DNA of 64,000 bases from NCBI RefSeq assembly GCF_009914755.1, contig NC_060928.1, one strand, 5' to 3'. Position numbers and translations under genes: made by a program. Below the pieces are notes generated by a model that saw nothing but the letters and a program-made list of their open reading frames with translations, made no database searches and was not told the DNA's origin. This DNA comes from the human T2T-CHM13v2.0 reference genome, Homo sapiens. Positions 40,420 through 53,234 of the stretch are shown here, one piece after another; position 1 is the stretch's first letter; each line of letters starts with the position of its first letter.

Positions 40420-40845
40420 TGCCTGTTGTGATAAGACAACCTTTCCTCCCTTCAGGACCAAAACAGGATTCCTCAGGCATCTAGGAGTGTTGTGTCCAGA
40501 TGATGGTCCTACACTAAGCCCTTCTTAGGATATTGCCCTGAGGGGACCCACTTGGCCCATGTTAGTGCTCACTCCCCAGCAGCCCATCTGCATCCAATGA
40601 ATGCTGGTTACATGGTGTGTATCCCAGCCCCCTTGCCTTAGTAGGGCAACTAAGAAGGGCCATTTCAGCTTAGAGCCCCTGAACAGTCAGCAAAGTTGTC
40701 CTTTGCATCTGCATCAATTTTCAACACCTCCCTCTATTCATTCTTACTTCTTTTACTTCCACATAGTATTGACCCCAAGGAACTTAGCCTTCTGCTTGCC
40801 AATATCCATCTCAGAATTTGCTTCCTTGTCAACCAAATTAGGGGT
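40420..40845 (+). mobile_element. LTR16-like ERVL solo LTR
   Basis: catccaatga; cccagcccccttgcct; agggccatttcagcttagagc; aatatccatctcagaatttgcttcct terminal motif. Confidence 0.7.
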
Positions 40846-41384
40846 TGTTCGTTTGTTGCCAAGTGCCCCAAATGGTGAAATATAGAAATTTGTATAGGCT
40901 TTGACATTTGCATTTCAGAGAATGGGACATTTTTCTTTTTCTGTGTGAGGCTAGAAAATAGATCTGGACAGAGTTTTGTCCTTTCTAAGTAGAAAACAAT
41001 ATAGTATTTTAAACTTCATTTCATCTTTCATTGAATCAAAGCATTGTTCTGTGCATTAACTACATGCTTACAGTTCATGACTACATTGTACTACATTGTT
41101 CAATCTATGTTGTACATGACTAGGTACTGTGTAAAATCTAGTGATGAACTAAATAATAATTGGGGGAATATCAGGTTATGTTATTTTCATTAATTTTATT
41201 TGTAATACATATTGTGTAATATGGTTAACAAGGTGTTTTTATGTGTTTTTTTTTCTTCATTTTATTCTCATGAAATCATGGCAGCTGGCATGCATTACTA
41301 TTCTCCCTCAAGAGGAATAAACCTAGATTTGGTAAAACTGATTATCTTGCCCTAAATCACCCAGGTAAAAATTACTGGATCCCT

Positions 41385-41433
41385 TTTCTTTCTAATGTAT
41401 TTATTTAACAGATATAGGGTCTTGCTCTGTTAC
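41385..41433 (-). mobile_element. AluJ tail and 3' end (left piece, split by THE1A)
   Basis: gatatagggtcttgctctgttac continues as ttacccaagctggagtgcagt at 43736. Confidence 0.88.
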
Positions 41434-43734
41434 TATATTAGTCTGCTGTCATGCTGCTAATAATGACATACCCGAAACTGGGCAATTTACAAAAGAAAGA
41501 GGTTTAATTGGACTCACAGTTCCACATGCCTGGGGAAGCCTCACAATCATGGTAAAAGGCAGGGAGGAGCAAGTCACTTCTTACATGGATGGCAGCAGGC
41601 AAAGACAGAGTGAGAAAGATGCAAAAGCAGAAACCCCTGATGAAACCATCAGATCTCATGACACTTATTCACTACCATGAAATGAGTATGGGGGAAAGTG
41701 CCCACATGATTAAATTATCTCCTGCCAGGTCCCTCCCACAACACATGGGAATTATGGGAGTACAATTCAGGATGAGATTTGGTTGGGGACACAGAGCCAA
41801 ACCATATTATTCCACCCCTGGCCCATGCCAAATTTCATCTCCTCACATTTCAAAACCAATCATGCCTTCCCAATAGTCTGCCAAAGTCTTAACTCATTTC
41901 AGCATTAACCCAAAAGTCCACAGTCCAATGTCTCATCCAAGACAAGGCAAGTGCCTTCCACCTATGAAACTGTAAAATAAAAAGCAAGCTAGTTATTTCA
42001 TAAATACAGTGGGGTACAGACATTTGGTAAATACAACCATTCTAAATGGGCAAATTGGCCAAAACAAAGGGGCTACAGGGCCCATGTAAGTCTGAAATCC
42101 AGCGGGACAGTCAAATCTTAAAGCTCCAAAACCATCTCCTTTGACTCCATGTCTCACATCCAGGTCACACTGATGCAAGAGGTGGGTCCCCATGCTCTTG
42201 GGCAGCTCCACCCCTGTGGCTTTGCAAGGTCCAGCCTTCCTCTTAGCTGCTTTCATAGGCTGGCATTGAGTGTCTGCAGTGGCATTTTCCAGATGCTTGG
42301 TGCAAGCTGTCAGTGGATCTACCATTCTGGGGTCTGGAGGACAATGGCCCTCTTCTCACAGCTCCACTAGGCACTGCCCCAGTAGGGACTCTGTGTGTGG
42401 GCTCAACTCCACATTTCCCTTCCACACTGCCCTAGCAGAGGTTCTCCTTGAGAGCCCCACCCCTGCAGCAAACTTCTGCCTGGGCATGCAGGCATTTCCA
42501 TACATCTTCTGAAATCTAGGCAGAGGTTCCCAAACCTCAGTCTTGACTTCTGTGCACCTGCAGGCCCAACACCATGTGGAAGCTGTACCATCTGAAGCCA
42601 TGGCCCAAGTTCTACATTGGTCCCTCTACAATGGAGCAGCTGGGATGCAGGGCACCAAGTCCCTAGACTGCACACAGCTCAGGGATCCTGGGCCGAGCCC
42701 ACGAAACCACTTTTCCCCCTAGGCCTCCAGGTCTGTGATTGGAGGGGCTGCTGTGAAGGTCTCTGACATGGTCTGGAGACATTTTCCCCATTGCCTTGGT
42801 GATTAAAATTTGGCTCCCCGTTACTTTTGCAAATTACTGCAGTCAGCTTGAATTTCTCCTCAGAAAATGGGATTTTCTTTTCTATCTCATTGTCAGGCTG
42901 CAAATTTTTCAAACTTCTATGCTGTTTTCCTTTTAAACCTGAATGCTTTTAACAGCACCCAAGTCACCTCTTGAATGCTTTGCTACTTAGAAATTTCTTC
43001 CACTGGATACCCTAAATCATCTCTCTCAAATTCAAAGTTCCCAAATATCTAGGGCAGGGGCAAAATGTTAACATTCTCTTTGTTAAAACATAATAAGAGC
43101 ACCTTTGCTCCAGTTCCCAACAAGATCCTCATCTCCATCTGAGACCACCTCAGGCTGGACCTTATTGTCCATATTGCTATCAGCATTTTGGGCAAAGACA
43201 TTCAACAAGTCTCTAGGAAGTTCCAAACTTTCCCACATTTTCCTGTCTTGTGAGCCCTCCAAACTGTTCCAAGCTTTGCCTGTTACTCAGTTTCAAAGTT
43301 GCTCCCACATTTTCAGGTATTTTCCCAGCAGCGCCCCACTCTCCTGGTACCAGTTTACTGTATTAGTTCATTTTCATGCTGCTGTTAAAGACATACCAGG
43401 GATGGGGCAATTTACAAAATAAAGAGGTTTAACTGCACTCACAGTTCCACATGGCTGAGAAAGCTTCACAATCATGTTGGAAGACAAGGAGGAGCAAGTC
43501 ACATCTTACAGGGCTGGCAGCAGGCAAAGTGGGAGTGAGAAACAAGCAAACTTGGAAATCCCTGATAAAACCATAAGATCTCATGAGACTTATTTACTAC
43601 CACGAGAACAGTATGGGGGAACCTGCCCACATGATTAAATTATCGTTTGCCCGGATCCTCCCACAACACATTGGAAACATGGGAGTACAATTCAAGATGA
43701 GATTTAGGTGGGGACCCAGAACCAAACCATGTCA
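41434..43734 (-). mobile_element. Complete THE1A MaLR provirus (LTR 41434-41809, internal 41810-43358, LTR 43359-43734)
   Basis: Two ~375-bp direct LTRs (gatgcaaaagcagaaacccctgat; cagagccaaaccatat), ~1.55-kb THE1-int, 5-bp TSD gttac/attac. Confidence 0.96.
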
Positions 43735-43989
43735 ATTACCCAAGCTGGAGTGCAGTAGTACAATCATAGCTCACTACAGCCTCAAACTCCTGGGCTCAAG
43801 CAATCCTCCTGCCTCAGTCTACTGAGTAGCTAGGACTCCAGGGGCATCTTAATTTTTAAATTTTTTTTTTGTAGTTCTGGGATCTTGCTATTTTTCCCAG
43901 TCTTGTCTGAAGTTCTTGGCATCAAGTCATCCTCCTGCCTTGGCCTTTCAAAGGTCTGAGATTACAGGTGTGAGCCACCATGCTTAGCC
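43735..43989 (-). mobile_element. AluJ remainder (right piece)
   Basis: atcatagctcactacagcctcaaactcctgggctcaagcaatcctcc ... ggtgtgagccaccatgcttagcc. Confidence 0.93.
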
Positions 43990-45196
43990 TCTTTCTACTT
44001 TAGACCCATTGGAAACCAGGCCACATCAGCACTGAATCTGCTACTAGCCCTGAGACTATAGAGCAGAATATGCTACTGGACCCTGGAAGTACTTTTGTTC
44101 CAGGAGCGATGAAGACAGGATATCTGTGGGGTGAAAGGAGAAAAGCAAATAAGATGACTTTGAGTAGATTTAATTATATGGGCAAATTCACCATGTAGAA
44201 TGTTATAAACTTGTGTAGAGCTGCTAGGATCTGAAAATCAGTACCCAAGCATAAAAGTCAAGATTATGGGAAAACTTGAAGCACAAAATGGCATGTAACC
44301 AGAGATCCTCCATGGGCCTAGTACACAGTAGGCCTCAGTAACCATATGTAGGGATAATTACTGAATAAATCTATAGGGAATGTATAAGTCCACTTTGATC
44401 TGGTAACCTTATAAGACAATGAATCCTTTACCTTCTGGAAGAGTCAGTCTTGTGAGTACCCTGGATTATTACACAATAAAGTATTTATTTGGGATTAATG
44501 ATTTGAGCCCAGACCTCCTGGTAATGTTTCTTTCCTGAGTTTCAAATGTACAGGGCTTATGGTGCAGTGAGTTGGGTGGTAAGGACCTGCCATTTGCACT
44601 TGGTTCACTTAATTTGTAGAATTAGAGGTCATTTTGGGGAGGGCGTTCAGTGTCCGTGTGTCTAATATCTTGCCTGAAAACAGGTCCTCTCCTTCCTGGA
44701 ATACAGCCACTCATTTACATACGGTTTGGTCATGCCATCATTTCCATACCATAGAATTCCAGAGAATTCTACGTATTGGTAAACTTGATAAATTGTTCTA
44801 ATTTGCTCTGATTAAACTATCCTATCCTTGAAAACAAGAAAGTTACTTAAATGTGCCATGTCTTTAACATAGTTAATAAATCTCTTTAAAAAGACCTAAT
44901 GAAGACAGAGCTAGGTCATGATAAAATGTAAGAATTCAGCTGGTAGACACCAGTAGAATAAGTGTTCACAGTGGTCAAATGCATAGGTAGCTTAGGTCTA
45001 TCCAAAAAATGGTCTGAAAAATAATCTTACCAGAGATCATGCACATGGTAAAGATTTGAAGGAGGGAAAATGGAATTAGAAAATATATGAACAGATCATA
45101 TAGGGGTGTAATTGTAAGAAGGGTCGAGGTGGTTGGACAATAAATAACCGTAAGTGTTACTTGGGAGAGAAGCCACCTGACACAGTGGAGCTTTAG

Positions 45197-45248
<52 letters not shown>
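45197..45248. repeat. (A)n(TA)n compound microsatellite
   Basis: Directly visible. Confidence 0.95.
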
Positions 45249-45250
<2 letters not shown>

Positions 45251-46166
45251 TTTCTAAATAAAGTAAGAATTGGGATATAGCAGCACAAAACATCTGAATA
45301 CTATGAAAGCTATTTGTTATTTGTGTAGAGAGCATATTATAAAATTTAAAAGACACAAAAATTCTACCTGTTCTTTTAGTATTACATTTTAATTTCCACA
45401 CCATTCTTTTGAAAACTACATTCTGGTTCTAGAAACTTGACAGAAATTTTACAAAGTATAAAAAATCTGCATAAAATAGAATATACCTCTGATTAATAAA
45501 TCTTCAATGATAGATCACCAGAAGGCCTGGGATATAGTTATCTAAGGTCTTAAATACTTCCAGCTTCTCTAAATTGTCAAATATGAGGCTACACAGTAAT
45601 CTCTGATTTATGTTAGATTTTTCAAAAAGATGTATTTTTGCCTCATGGTTAGGAAAAGATAGATGACTACATATTTTACAATGATGTCTATTAAAATTAG
45701 GCTTCAATAATGTCAGATAAAAGTCTCCTTTCATTTATAGCACAAAAGCAGCATATTTGAGATGAATTTCCCCAGTTTCTGCTTCAAGTCTATGACAACT
45801 GTTTATATTGGTTAGCATTATATTTGTTGCACAATTAAGGGTTACCAATTTATACCATATGTATATAATTTGATTTTTTTCCAACGGACACTCCTACTTA
45901 TTTGATGTGACTGCCTTAACACATATCTATCTATAACTATTGACCAACACATTTTTCTCAAGGCTTGCATTACGCTCGTTGAACATACCCTATACAATTC
46001 TACTCTTAGATGTAGTTATGAATTGTCTGAGTATAATCTCAAATCTCTGAATTTTCCATTTCAGTATGGTCATTCTAGAATGTCCTATACATCCTCTATC
46101 CTGTAGCTTCCTATTTACATTGACTTCCCTTCAGTGCCATCAACCAATTCTGTCTTATCCAAGACA

Positions 46167-46681
46167 CCTTTCAACATCACTTTAATCAGAACACATTTTT
46201 CATTTATATCCTTTTCACTCCCATAGTGCTTTGTCTGAATATTTATTACAATATTTATGCATATATGCTTTATATTATTAGCAATTTATAATAACTTGCC
46301 ACCAGTATTAACTTGCAAGTCCCTGTGATTTGGAGGGAGGAGAGGAGATAGCAGTGGGAAAACATGTACTCTTAATTTTTAAATTCATCATCATGCCTTA
46401 AACTTCTGACTTGAACATCCTAGGCTATCAATATCAGTGTTTCTTGAATTAAACAAAATATCTGAAAGTCAGTTTTAGTAATTTTGTTTGAAATAATACA
46501 ATCATTTTAAATCTATTTTAAATTGATTTTAAACCTAGGACAAATTATATCATAGGAATGATTGCAAGAAATACTGCATATGCTAGACAGAAAAAGTGCA
46601 AAGTTTAATCCATGTCTCTTCTTTTGTGACCTTGGCAAAGTTACTTTGGGAGTACAAAATATCGACACAAGATCCAGCATA
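46167..46681 (+). repeat. Probable donor copy of the local duplication at 39.3-39.8 kb
   Basis: Collinear match; its MIR-like 3' portion continues beyond the breakpoint only here. Confidence 0.9.
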
Positions 46682-46925
46682 TAACTCCATCTCAAAAAAA
46701 AATATATATATATGTATATTTTAAAGACACAGCATATTATTTGTTTCATTTTGGTAACTATATGAAGTTTACTAATGTCTACCTATTGGTATTAGTTTTG
46801 CCATTTAAAAACTTACAAAAATAATAATATCTACTTTTTGTTTCTTACAAGGTCAGTGTGAACATCAAGTAAGACAAAATGAGTGGAACTGCATGGTGCT
46901 ATACAAACTGACATCATTGTTAGCA
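46600..46925 (+). mobile_element. MIR relic (interrupted)
   Basis: tgtgaccttggcaaagttacttt ... tcttacaaggtcagtgtgaacatcaagtaagacaa...gtgctatacaaa. Confidence 0.6.
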
Positions 46926-47048
46926 TTGTTTTCTATTTCATTATATATATGTTGGATTAATAAATACTCTCTCCTTTTGCCTCATGTACATGTTGAGGAG
47001 ATTAATCAATGGCTGCTTTAGAGTGTTTTGTAGTTGGCATATTTTGTG

Positions 47049-47457
47049 TGATATGGTTTGGATGTTTATCTCCTCCAAATCTCATGTTGAAATGTGATTC
47101 CCAGTGCTGGAAATGGGGCCTGGTGGGAGGTAATTGGATCATGGGGGCAGATCCCTCATGAATGGCTTAGCACCATTCCCTTGATGACAAGTGAGTTCTT
47201 AGTTCATGTGAGATCTGGTTGTTGAAAAGTCTGGGACCTTCCCCCTCACTCTCTTGCTCCGTCTCTCACCATGTGACCTTCTTGCTCTTACTTTGCCTTC
47301 TGCCATGCATAAAAGGTCCCTGAGTCCTCACCAGATACAAAGCAGATGCCAGTGCCAGGCTTTTACAGATTGCAGAATCATGTGCCAACTAAACTCCTTT
47401 CTTGATAAATTACCCAGCCTCAGATATTTCTTTATAGTGATGCAATGGAATAGCACA
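47049..47457 (+). mobile_element. MSTB-like MaLR solo LTR
   Basis: tgatatggtttggatgttt...ctccaaatctcatgttgaaatgtgat; gcagatccctcatgaatggcttagcaccat; TSD ttgtg/atgtg. Confidence 0.93.
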
Positions 47458-47567
47458 ATGTGTTTATGTGCATTATCTCAGTTCTCACATTAGGCTTCAT
47501 GACTGAGTTTAAACACTACTAAGAAATAGGCTTAAAAATAAAATTTTAAATCTGTACTCTACAATTA

Positions 47568-47752
47568 TTTTCCCTTCTTCTTCTTTTTCTTCTTCCCCCT
47601 CCACCCCTTCTCCCCCTCCTCCCCCTCCTCCCCTTCCTCCCCTTCCTCCCCCTCTTCCCCCTCTTCCTCCTCCTTCCCCTCTTCCTCCTCCTCCCCCTCT
47701 TCCTCCTCCTCCCCCTCCTCCTCCTCTCCTTCTCCTTCTCCTTCTCCTTCTT
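47568..47752. repeat. 185-nt polypyrimidine/polypurine tract (expanded Alu tail)
   Basis: Only one purine (47603) on the + strand; cct/ctt-based units. Confidence 0.95.
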
Positions 47753-48043
47753 GATACAGGGTCTCACTCTGTCACCCAGACTGGAGTGCAGTGCTTATGA
47801 TTATGACTCACTGCAGCCTCGAATTCCTCGGCTCAAGCAATCCTCCCACCTAAGCTTCCCAAGTAACTTAGACCACAGGTGTGCACCACCACATGCAGTT
47901 AATTAATTTATGTATTTACTTTTTGTAGAGACGTGGTCTCAATACCTTGCACAGGCTGGTCTTAAACTCCTGGGCTCAAGTGGTCCTCCTGCCTCAGCTT
48001 CCTAAAGTGCTGAAATTACAGGTGTGACCCACGGCACCCAGCC
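47753..48043 (-). mobile_element. AluJ
   Basis: gatacagggtctcactctgtcacccag; cactgcagcctcgaattcctcggctcaagcaatcctccc. Confidence 0.93.
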
Positions 48044-48499
48044 CTGTATTTCTTTTTGCTTGTTTGTTTTCCTTTTGCCCTAAAATTTTTCACTTATTTT
48101 TGTTTTGTTTTTCTTCATGAGCCTTAAACATGGTATAAATATACACACACATACATACACATATTAAAATCTCTCTTAAAGCTTTATTTGTAATTTCAAC
48201 TCAGTATTTGACATTACCTCAAAGATGTCCCAATACACTCTTTATCTAAATAGATCAAATAAACATATTATTTCCATATCACAACTGTCCACTCTTTTCT
48301 ATCTTCATTTGTGTTAATAACACAAACATTACCCTGGATATTTTTAACATTTCAAAGCAATTCCTGACACCAACTTCATATTTTACTTCATATTGTAGAA
48401 GCTGAACAAATTATATAGATTTTTCCTCCACAAAACATCATCCATTTCTCTATTCTTTCAGTAATATTTCCACCCATGCATAATTTATACATCTGGAAT

Positions 48500-48980
48500 T
48501 AGCAATACTTCAATAGTCTTCTAGAAAGGCTCTATTTCTCCTTTCTGTTAACATTTTAAACTATCCTAACCTCAAAAGAAATTTAGTTTTCTAAAACATA
48601 ATTCTGCACATTCCCACTGTGATTAAAAAACTTAACAATTTTTTTACTTTTCAGTTGATATGAAAGCTTTACATTGGCAATTTATGGTTCATAATGAGTC
48701 AACTGACCTGGCCTGATTTATCTTCTAGGGCATCTGTGTATATAATCTGTGTTCAAACAAATCTAGATTATCTACTGTTTCCTGAATCTGCTTGTGAGTC
48801 TATGGTCATAATAGTTTCTCTCTAGTTCCAGCACCACCACCCATCTTCATCCGTCAACGCTTATTTCAAATGTCATCTCTTTAAGGATCACCTTTGGGCT
48901 TCCCTTAACTCAATGCTATCTTTCTTCCTAGAAAGCCTCATAAATATTGATTTTCATGTTTCTCCCTGAATTTATCATAA
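48500..48980 (+). mobile_element. L2 relic
   Basis: ttttctaaaacataattctgcaca; cttatttcaaatgtcatctct. Confidence 0.55.
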
Positions 48981-49488
48981 TCTAGCTTTTCAAACTGAAA
49001 GTCAGAGAGCTGAGCATTTTCTCTTAGCTGCTTTGGAAATTGTCTTGTAGGACCAGGGACAGTAATAAGTAGTATAGACATGAAATCTAAAACTCAAGCT
49101 GGAATCAGAGCCAGTATACTCTTATTGGGTGGTATATAGCATGTTTTCGCATGATATTTATTTTGAAGATAGTGTTTCACAAATTAAAATTTTAAGGAAT
49201 AAATACCCCTTTAATTAGAGCTGTTTAGTGTATTTATGTAGCATGAATTCATTACACTGCAAGTTTCTTAGGAGCAGAGGTTGTATGGTATGGAGTTTGC
49301 TTCCTAATCCCTCCCCCACCATCTAACACAGTTCTCCAGTAGTAAAATAATGCAGTGCTAGATTGACTTGGTGATTTTTCAGCGTGTATGCCTAGCAGAA
49401 AAGACATATTTCTGAACATGGATCATGATCTATCTATGAGAGCCGAGTTGAATCAAAAGAACTGTGTTATTCACAGGGAAGAAGTTCA

Positions 49489-49760
49489 ACATAGTAGTGG
49501 TTCAGAACAAGGTCTCCAGAAGCTGACTCTTGTTGTAAATCCCATCTCTGCCTTTTAAGGGCAAAGTATTCATGAAATTTTTACATTATCTTGCTGTGTC
49601 TTCATTTCCTCATATGGAAAACAAGAGATAGTAATAAAAGTGTCTATTTCACATAATAAGGTTAGTGCATAATGAGTTAAAATATGTAAAACCCTCAGAA
49701 CAGTGTCTTGTACATGGCTTTAAAAAAAGTATATGTGTTAGTTATTTTCATTAGTATTTT
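49489..49760 (+). mobile_element. MIR SINE (near full length)
   Basis: catagtagtggttcagaaca; aaatcccatctctgcc; catttcctcatatggaaaa; cagaacagtgtcttgtacat. Confidence 0.85.
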
Positions 49761-49769
49761 ATTAGTGTA

Positions 49770-49862
49770 TGTGTCTCTGTTCATTTTGCATTGCTATAAA
49801 TGAGACAGGATATTTTATAAACAAAAAAGGCTTGTGTGGCTTATATTCTCCTGGCTGAAAGA
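49770..49862 (-). mobile_element. MST/MLT1A-type LTR 3' fragment
   Basis: ttcattttgcattgctataaa..tttataaacaaaaaaggctt..tggctta. Confidence 0.55.
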
Positions 49863-49999
49863 TTGTTATCTGTAGTGTCCAGCCATTCATGCCTCAGCTG
49901 TTATGAATTCCTCCCAGTTGTGGCTCCAGTTTCTTCCTGATCTTTTTCAGAGCCTGTTTCTCTGGTCATCACAGTGATAATGTGAAACACCAAATATCT

Positions 50000-50416
50000 A
50001 TTTTACAAATCACAGCTTCATTGAGATATAAATCATATACTATGCAATTCATAGTTATGCAACAATTATCACATCAAGGTTATAATATTTTTATCACTCC
50101 AAATAGCAACACTACACCCATTAGCAGTCACTCCCTATTTTCCCCAACCCTTCCACCCACAGCCCTAGGCAAGCACTAATCTACTGTCTGTTACTATACA
50201 TTTGCCTTTTCTGGCTATTTCGCATACATAGAAGCGTATCATATGTGATATTTTGTGATTGGCATCTATCACTTAGAATATAGTATTTTCAAAGTTTATT
50301 CATGTTGTAACATATATCAACACTTCATCCTTTTTAATTGCAAAATAATATTCCATTGTACATTTATACATTTTTCCTATTTATTAGCAATGAACATTTG
50401 GGTTATTTCCACTTTC
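50000..50416 (-). mobile_element. L1MB-type 3' end
   Basis: acagcttcattgagatataa; cccattagcagtcactccc; cagccctaggcaagcactaatctact; ttgggttatttccactt. Confidence 0.88.
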
Positions 50417-51355
50417 GAGAGGTAATCTTGGAGACCAGTCTTTGAAGTTTGTTCTGACTCCAGGAGGGCTGTTCTCAGCTGCCTCTTTCCCTGCTTTTCT
50501 CTGGTGAATTAGCTGGCCTGCAGTTTAGTTTGCTGAACGAATGGAGCTACCAACTTCCTGTTAATCACTTATTAGCAAGTCTTCACTGTTTTTATATCAC
50601 CGGTATATCTGAACTTCCTGTACTGTGCTCCAAATGAAGTCAGTTCCTTTGGAGAGAGCTTCAAAACTCTCTATATAGCTTGCCTCTCTGCCTAGGCAAA
50701 ATCTCTGAACTATTGTTACAGAGCTAGGAGCAGGGACAGTGACCCACTTTCTCAGAGTGACATCCTGCTTTACAAGCAGGGTGCTCAGAATGGATGGTGG
50801 TCTCATTTTCTCTGCTTGCCTCCTCCAGCATAGATACTCCATCCTAGTAGTGAGCTGGGTGAGGGCACTGGAGGCTCCAGTATTCTAGTCCTGGCTGTGT
50901 CTATGACAGACTCTACCCTACAAATGGGGACTTACAGAAGATGGGAGCCTCAGCCTTTCCAAGACACTCACCTAGAATACAGCTTCTGCTATAGAGATAA
51001 GGATTATGAGAAATGCTAGTTGACTGTTGCTCTTACATAAACATGGCAGTTCTTGATTGGGAGCTGGGATTAGAGAAAGCCCCATCTTGGTAGACACACC
51101 CAGAGTGGTGCATTCAGTCATGCCAAGTGTGACTAGATGAGGGTAGGGTAGAGGTTGAGGAAGTGAGAGGGTTTGAGTGTAGCTCAATTCCTACAGTTTC
51201 TTGGTGTTTTTCACTGAGGTTTAGTTTCTTCATTTTTTGTTTGTCCTCAGGACCACTTGCACAAATGCTAAATATTATTTTTTAACGTAATTTCACCACT
51301 TGTGGTTGTTTTGCTGAGAAGGAGCAATTTTGCAGGTCTCCTCACATTGTCATTT
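50417..51355 (-). mobile_element. L1M4-type 5' region fragment
   Basis: ccagtctttgaagtttgttctgac; tgctccaaatgaagtcagttcctttgg; taatttcaccacttgtggttgttttgctg..ctcctcac. Confidence 0.6.
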
Positions 51356-51370
51356 GAAATGGCACCACTT

Positions 51371-51776
51371 GGCTGGGGGGCGGTGGCTCATGCCTGTAAT
51401 CCCTGCAATTTGAGAGGCCGAGGCAGGTGAATCACCTCAGGTCAGGAGTTCGAGACCAGCCTGGGCAGCATGATGAAACCTTGTCTCTACTAAAAATACA
51501 AAAATTAGCCAGGCATGGTGGCATGTGCCTGTATTCCCAGCTACTTGGGAGGCTGAAGTGGGAGACTCTCTTGAACCCGAGAGGTGGAAATTGCTGTGAG
51601 CTGAGATTGGCCACTGCCCTCCAGCCTGGGTGATAGAGCAACACCTTGTCTCAACAACAACCAAAAAAAAAAAAAAAAAGAAAGAAGGAAAAAGGAAAGA
51701 AAGAAGGAAGGAAGGTAGGGAGGAAGGAAGGAAGGACAAAAGAAAGAAAAAGAAAGAAAGAAAGAAGAAAAGAAAA
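51371..51776 (+). mobile_element. AluSx-like with tail expanded into a GAAA/GGAA microsatellite (51653-51776)
   Basis: Dimer; TSD gaaatggcaccact / gaaatagcactact encloses the whole purine tract. Confidence 0.95.
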
Positions 51777-52949
51777 GAAATAGCACTACTCAACATCCTA
51801 TTGCTAAGTCCCTTTCTATTAAATACTTATATCATCAAGATTCAGTTTCAAGTTTTTGTATCTCACAAACCTAACCAGCATCTTATGAATGCTCTGCATT
51901 TAGATATCCAGATAGCGAGACTTGCTATGGGTGTGTCCCATATTTCTCACTGTTAAAAAATGTTAAGCTAGAACTTACATGAAAGTAATAAATATAATAA
52001 AAATCCACCTCAAGTCTATGAGGTTTAAGCCACTACTGTAAGGACTTTCTTAATGAAATGGTCTATATTGTATGTCTAAATCTGGATATAGGAAAAAATA
52101 CTTTAATATCTCTCTAATCTGCAAGTGAATTAATATAATTATGCTGCATTCAAAATTCTATTTCTCCATAATTAATTGCATTTACTATTTAGCTATACGT
52201 TCTTAAATTTGGAAAATATTGTGTAAAAGTATTTCTTATGTGAGATTAGACCATATTTATGAAGAATAAAGAAAATGTAATAGTATAACTGCATGTTTAT
52301 TCCCATATTACAACTTGAATTTTTTTAAATGTCAGATTTTTCTAAAGGGAACATTTAGGACAAGGTGTTTAGAAGGTGTGAGCTTATTAAACAGTATTCT
52401 AACTTAATTGTTAGAACATTTTGAGATAATCTGTATTTTCTTCTAACAAAGTTATCTTACTACATGAATTTATACTCATTCTGAACAAAGGTTCTGGGTA
52501 GACTGTGAACCTAAAAGACGGATGCACATGTCAGACCCTATCATGATTAGACATACCAGCCACTCATCAGAGATCCGAATCTCCACACATTCCATATGGC
52601 TATAAATAGTGCAATAGAAGGAGGTCTCCAGAATGAAAGTCGCACATGTTAAATGGCATATTCTAGTTAGATACTTGCAGTTTTCCCACTAATAAATTAT
52701 AAAATTCTTGTTGGCAGGGATCATGGCTTATTTGAGCTGTTGCTCCTCAGTGGACATCATAGGATCTTGCAGATGTGTATCAATCCTTCGCAAGTAGGTG
52801 AGTAAAGATTCTAGTTCTAGTTTTCTGAAAAATAGTTGGAAATTTGTTTCATTGCTAAGTTGTAAATGTCAACAGCAAAATTTAAAAAAGCATCATTTAA
52901 TAGAGAATTTGAATATGTAAGTCATATAGTGTTTATAGTCTAGAAAATT

Positions 52950-53105
52950 GGAAGGAACATTGCTTGGGGGTTGAAGACCTGCATCCAGGATTCCATTCTG
53001 TACTATTTTGGGTAAGTCACTTATCCTCTCTAAACTTCTGCTTCATATTTGCAAAATTAAATTATTTACACTTAGCGATGTTTTTCAATTTTAAAAAGCT
53101 GTAAT
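52950..53105 (+). mobile_element. MIR/MIR3 relic
   Basis: gaagacctg; tttgggtaagtcacttatcctctct..cttcatatttgcaaaat. Confidence 0.65.
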
Positions 53106-53211
53106 TATGCCTTTTTAGTACTCTAGTTCCAGTGGAAACTTTTCAAACAAGCAGTTTTTAGGAGTAAAGAAAATTATTAAAATATGTAAAAGCCAGCCTT
53201 CTCTTCTTTTC

Positions 53212-53234
53212 TGTGTGTGTGTGTGTGTGTGCGC

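Noticed and set aside
41589-43825. Dense cluster of overlapping ORFs
   Set aside because: All lie within the GC-richer THE1A LTR/internal sequence; fragmentary
47546-47767. Protamine-like Arg/Gly/Lys-rich ORF
   Set aside because: Translation of a simple purine repeat derived from an Alu tail
51427-51956. Several 70-120 aa ORFs
   Set aside because: Alu plus GAAA/GGAA microsatellite translations
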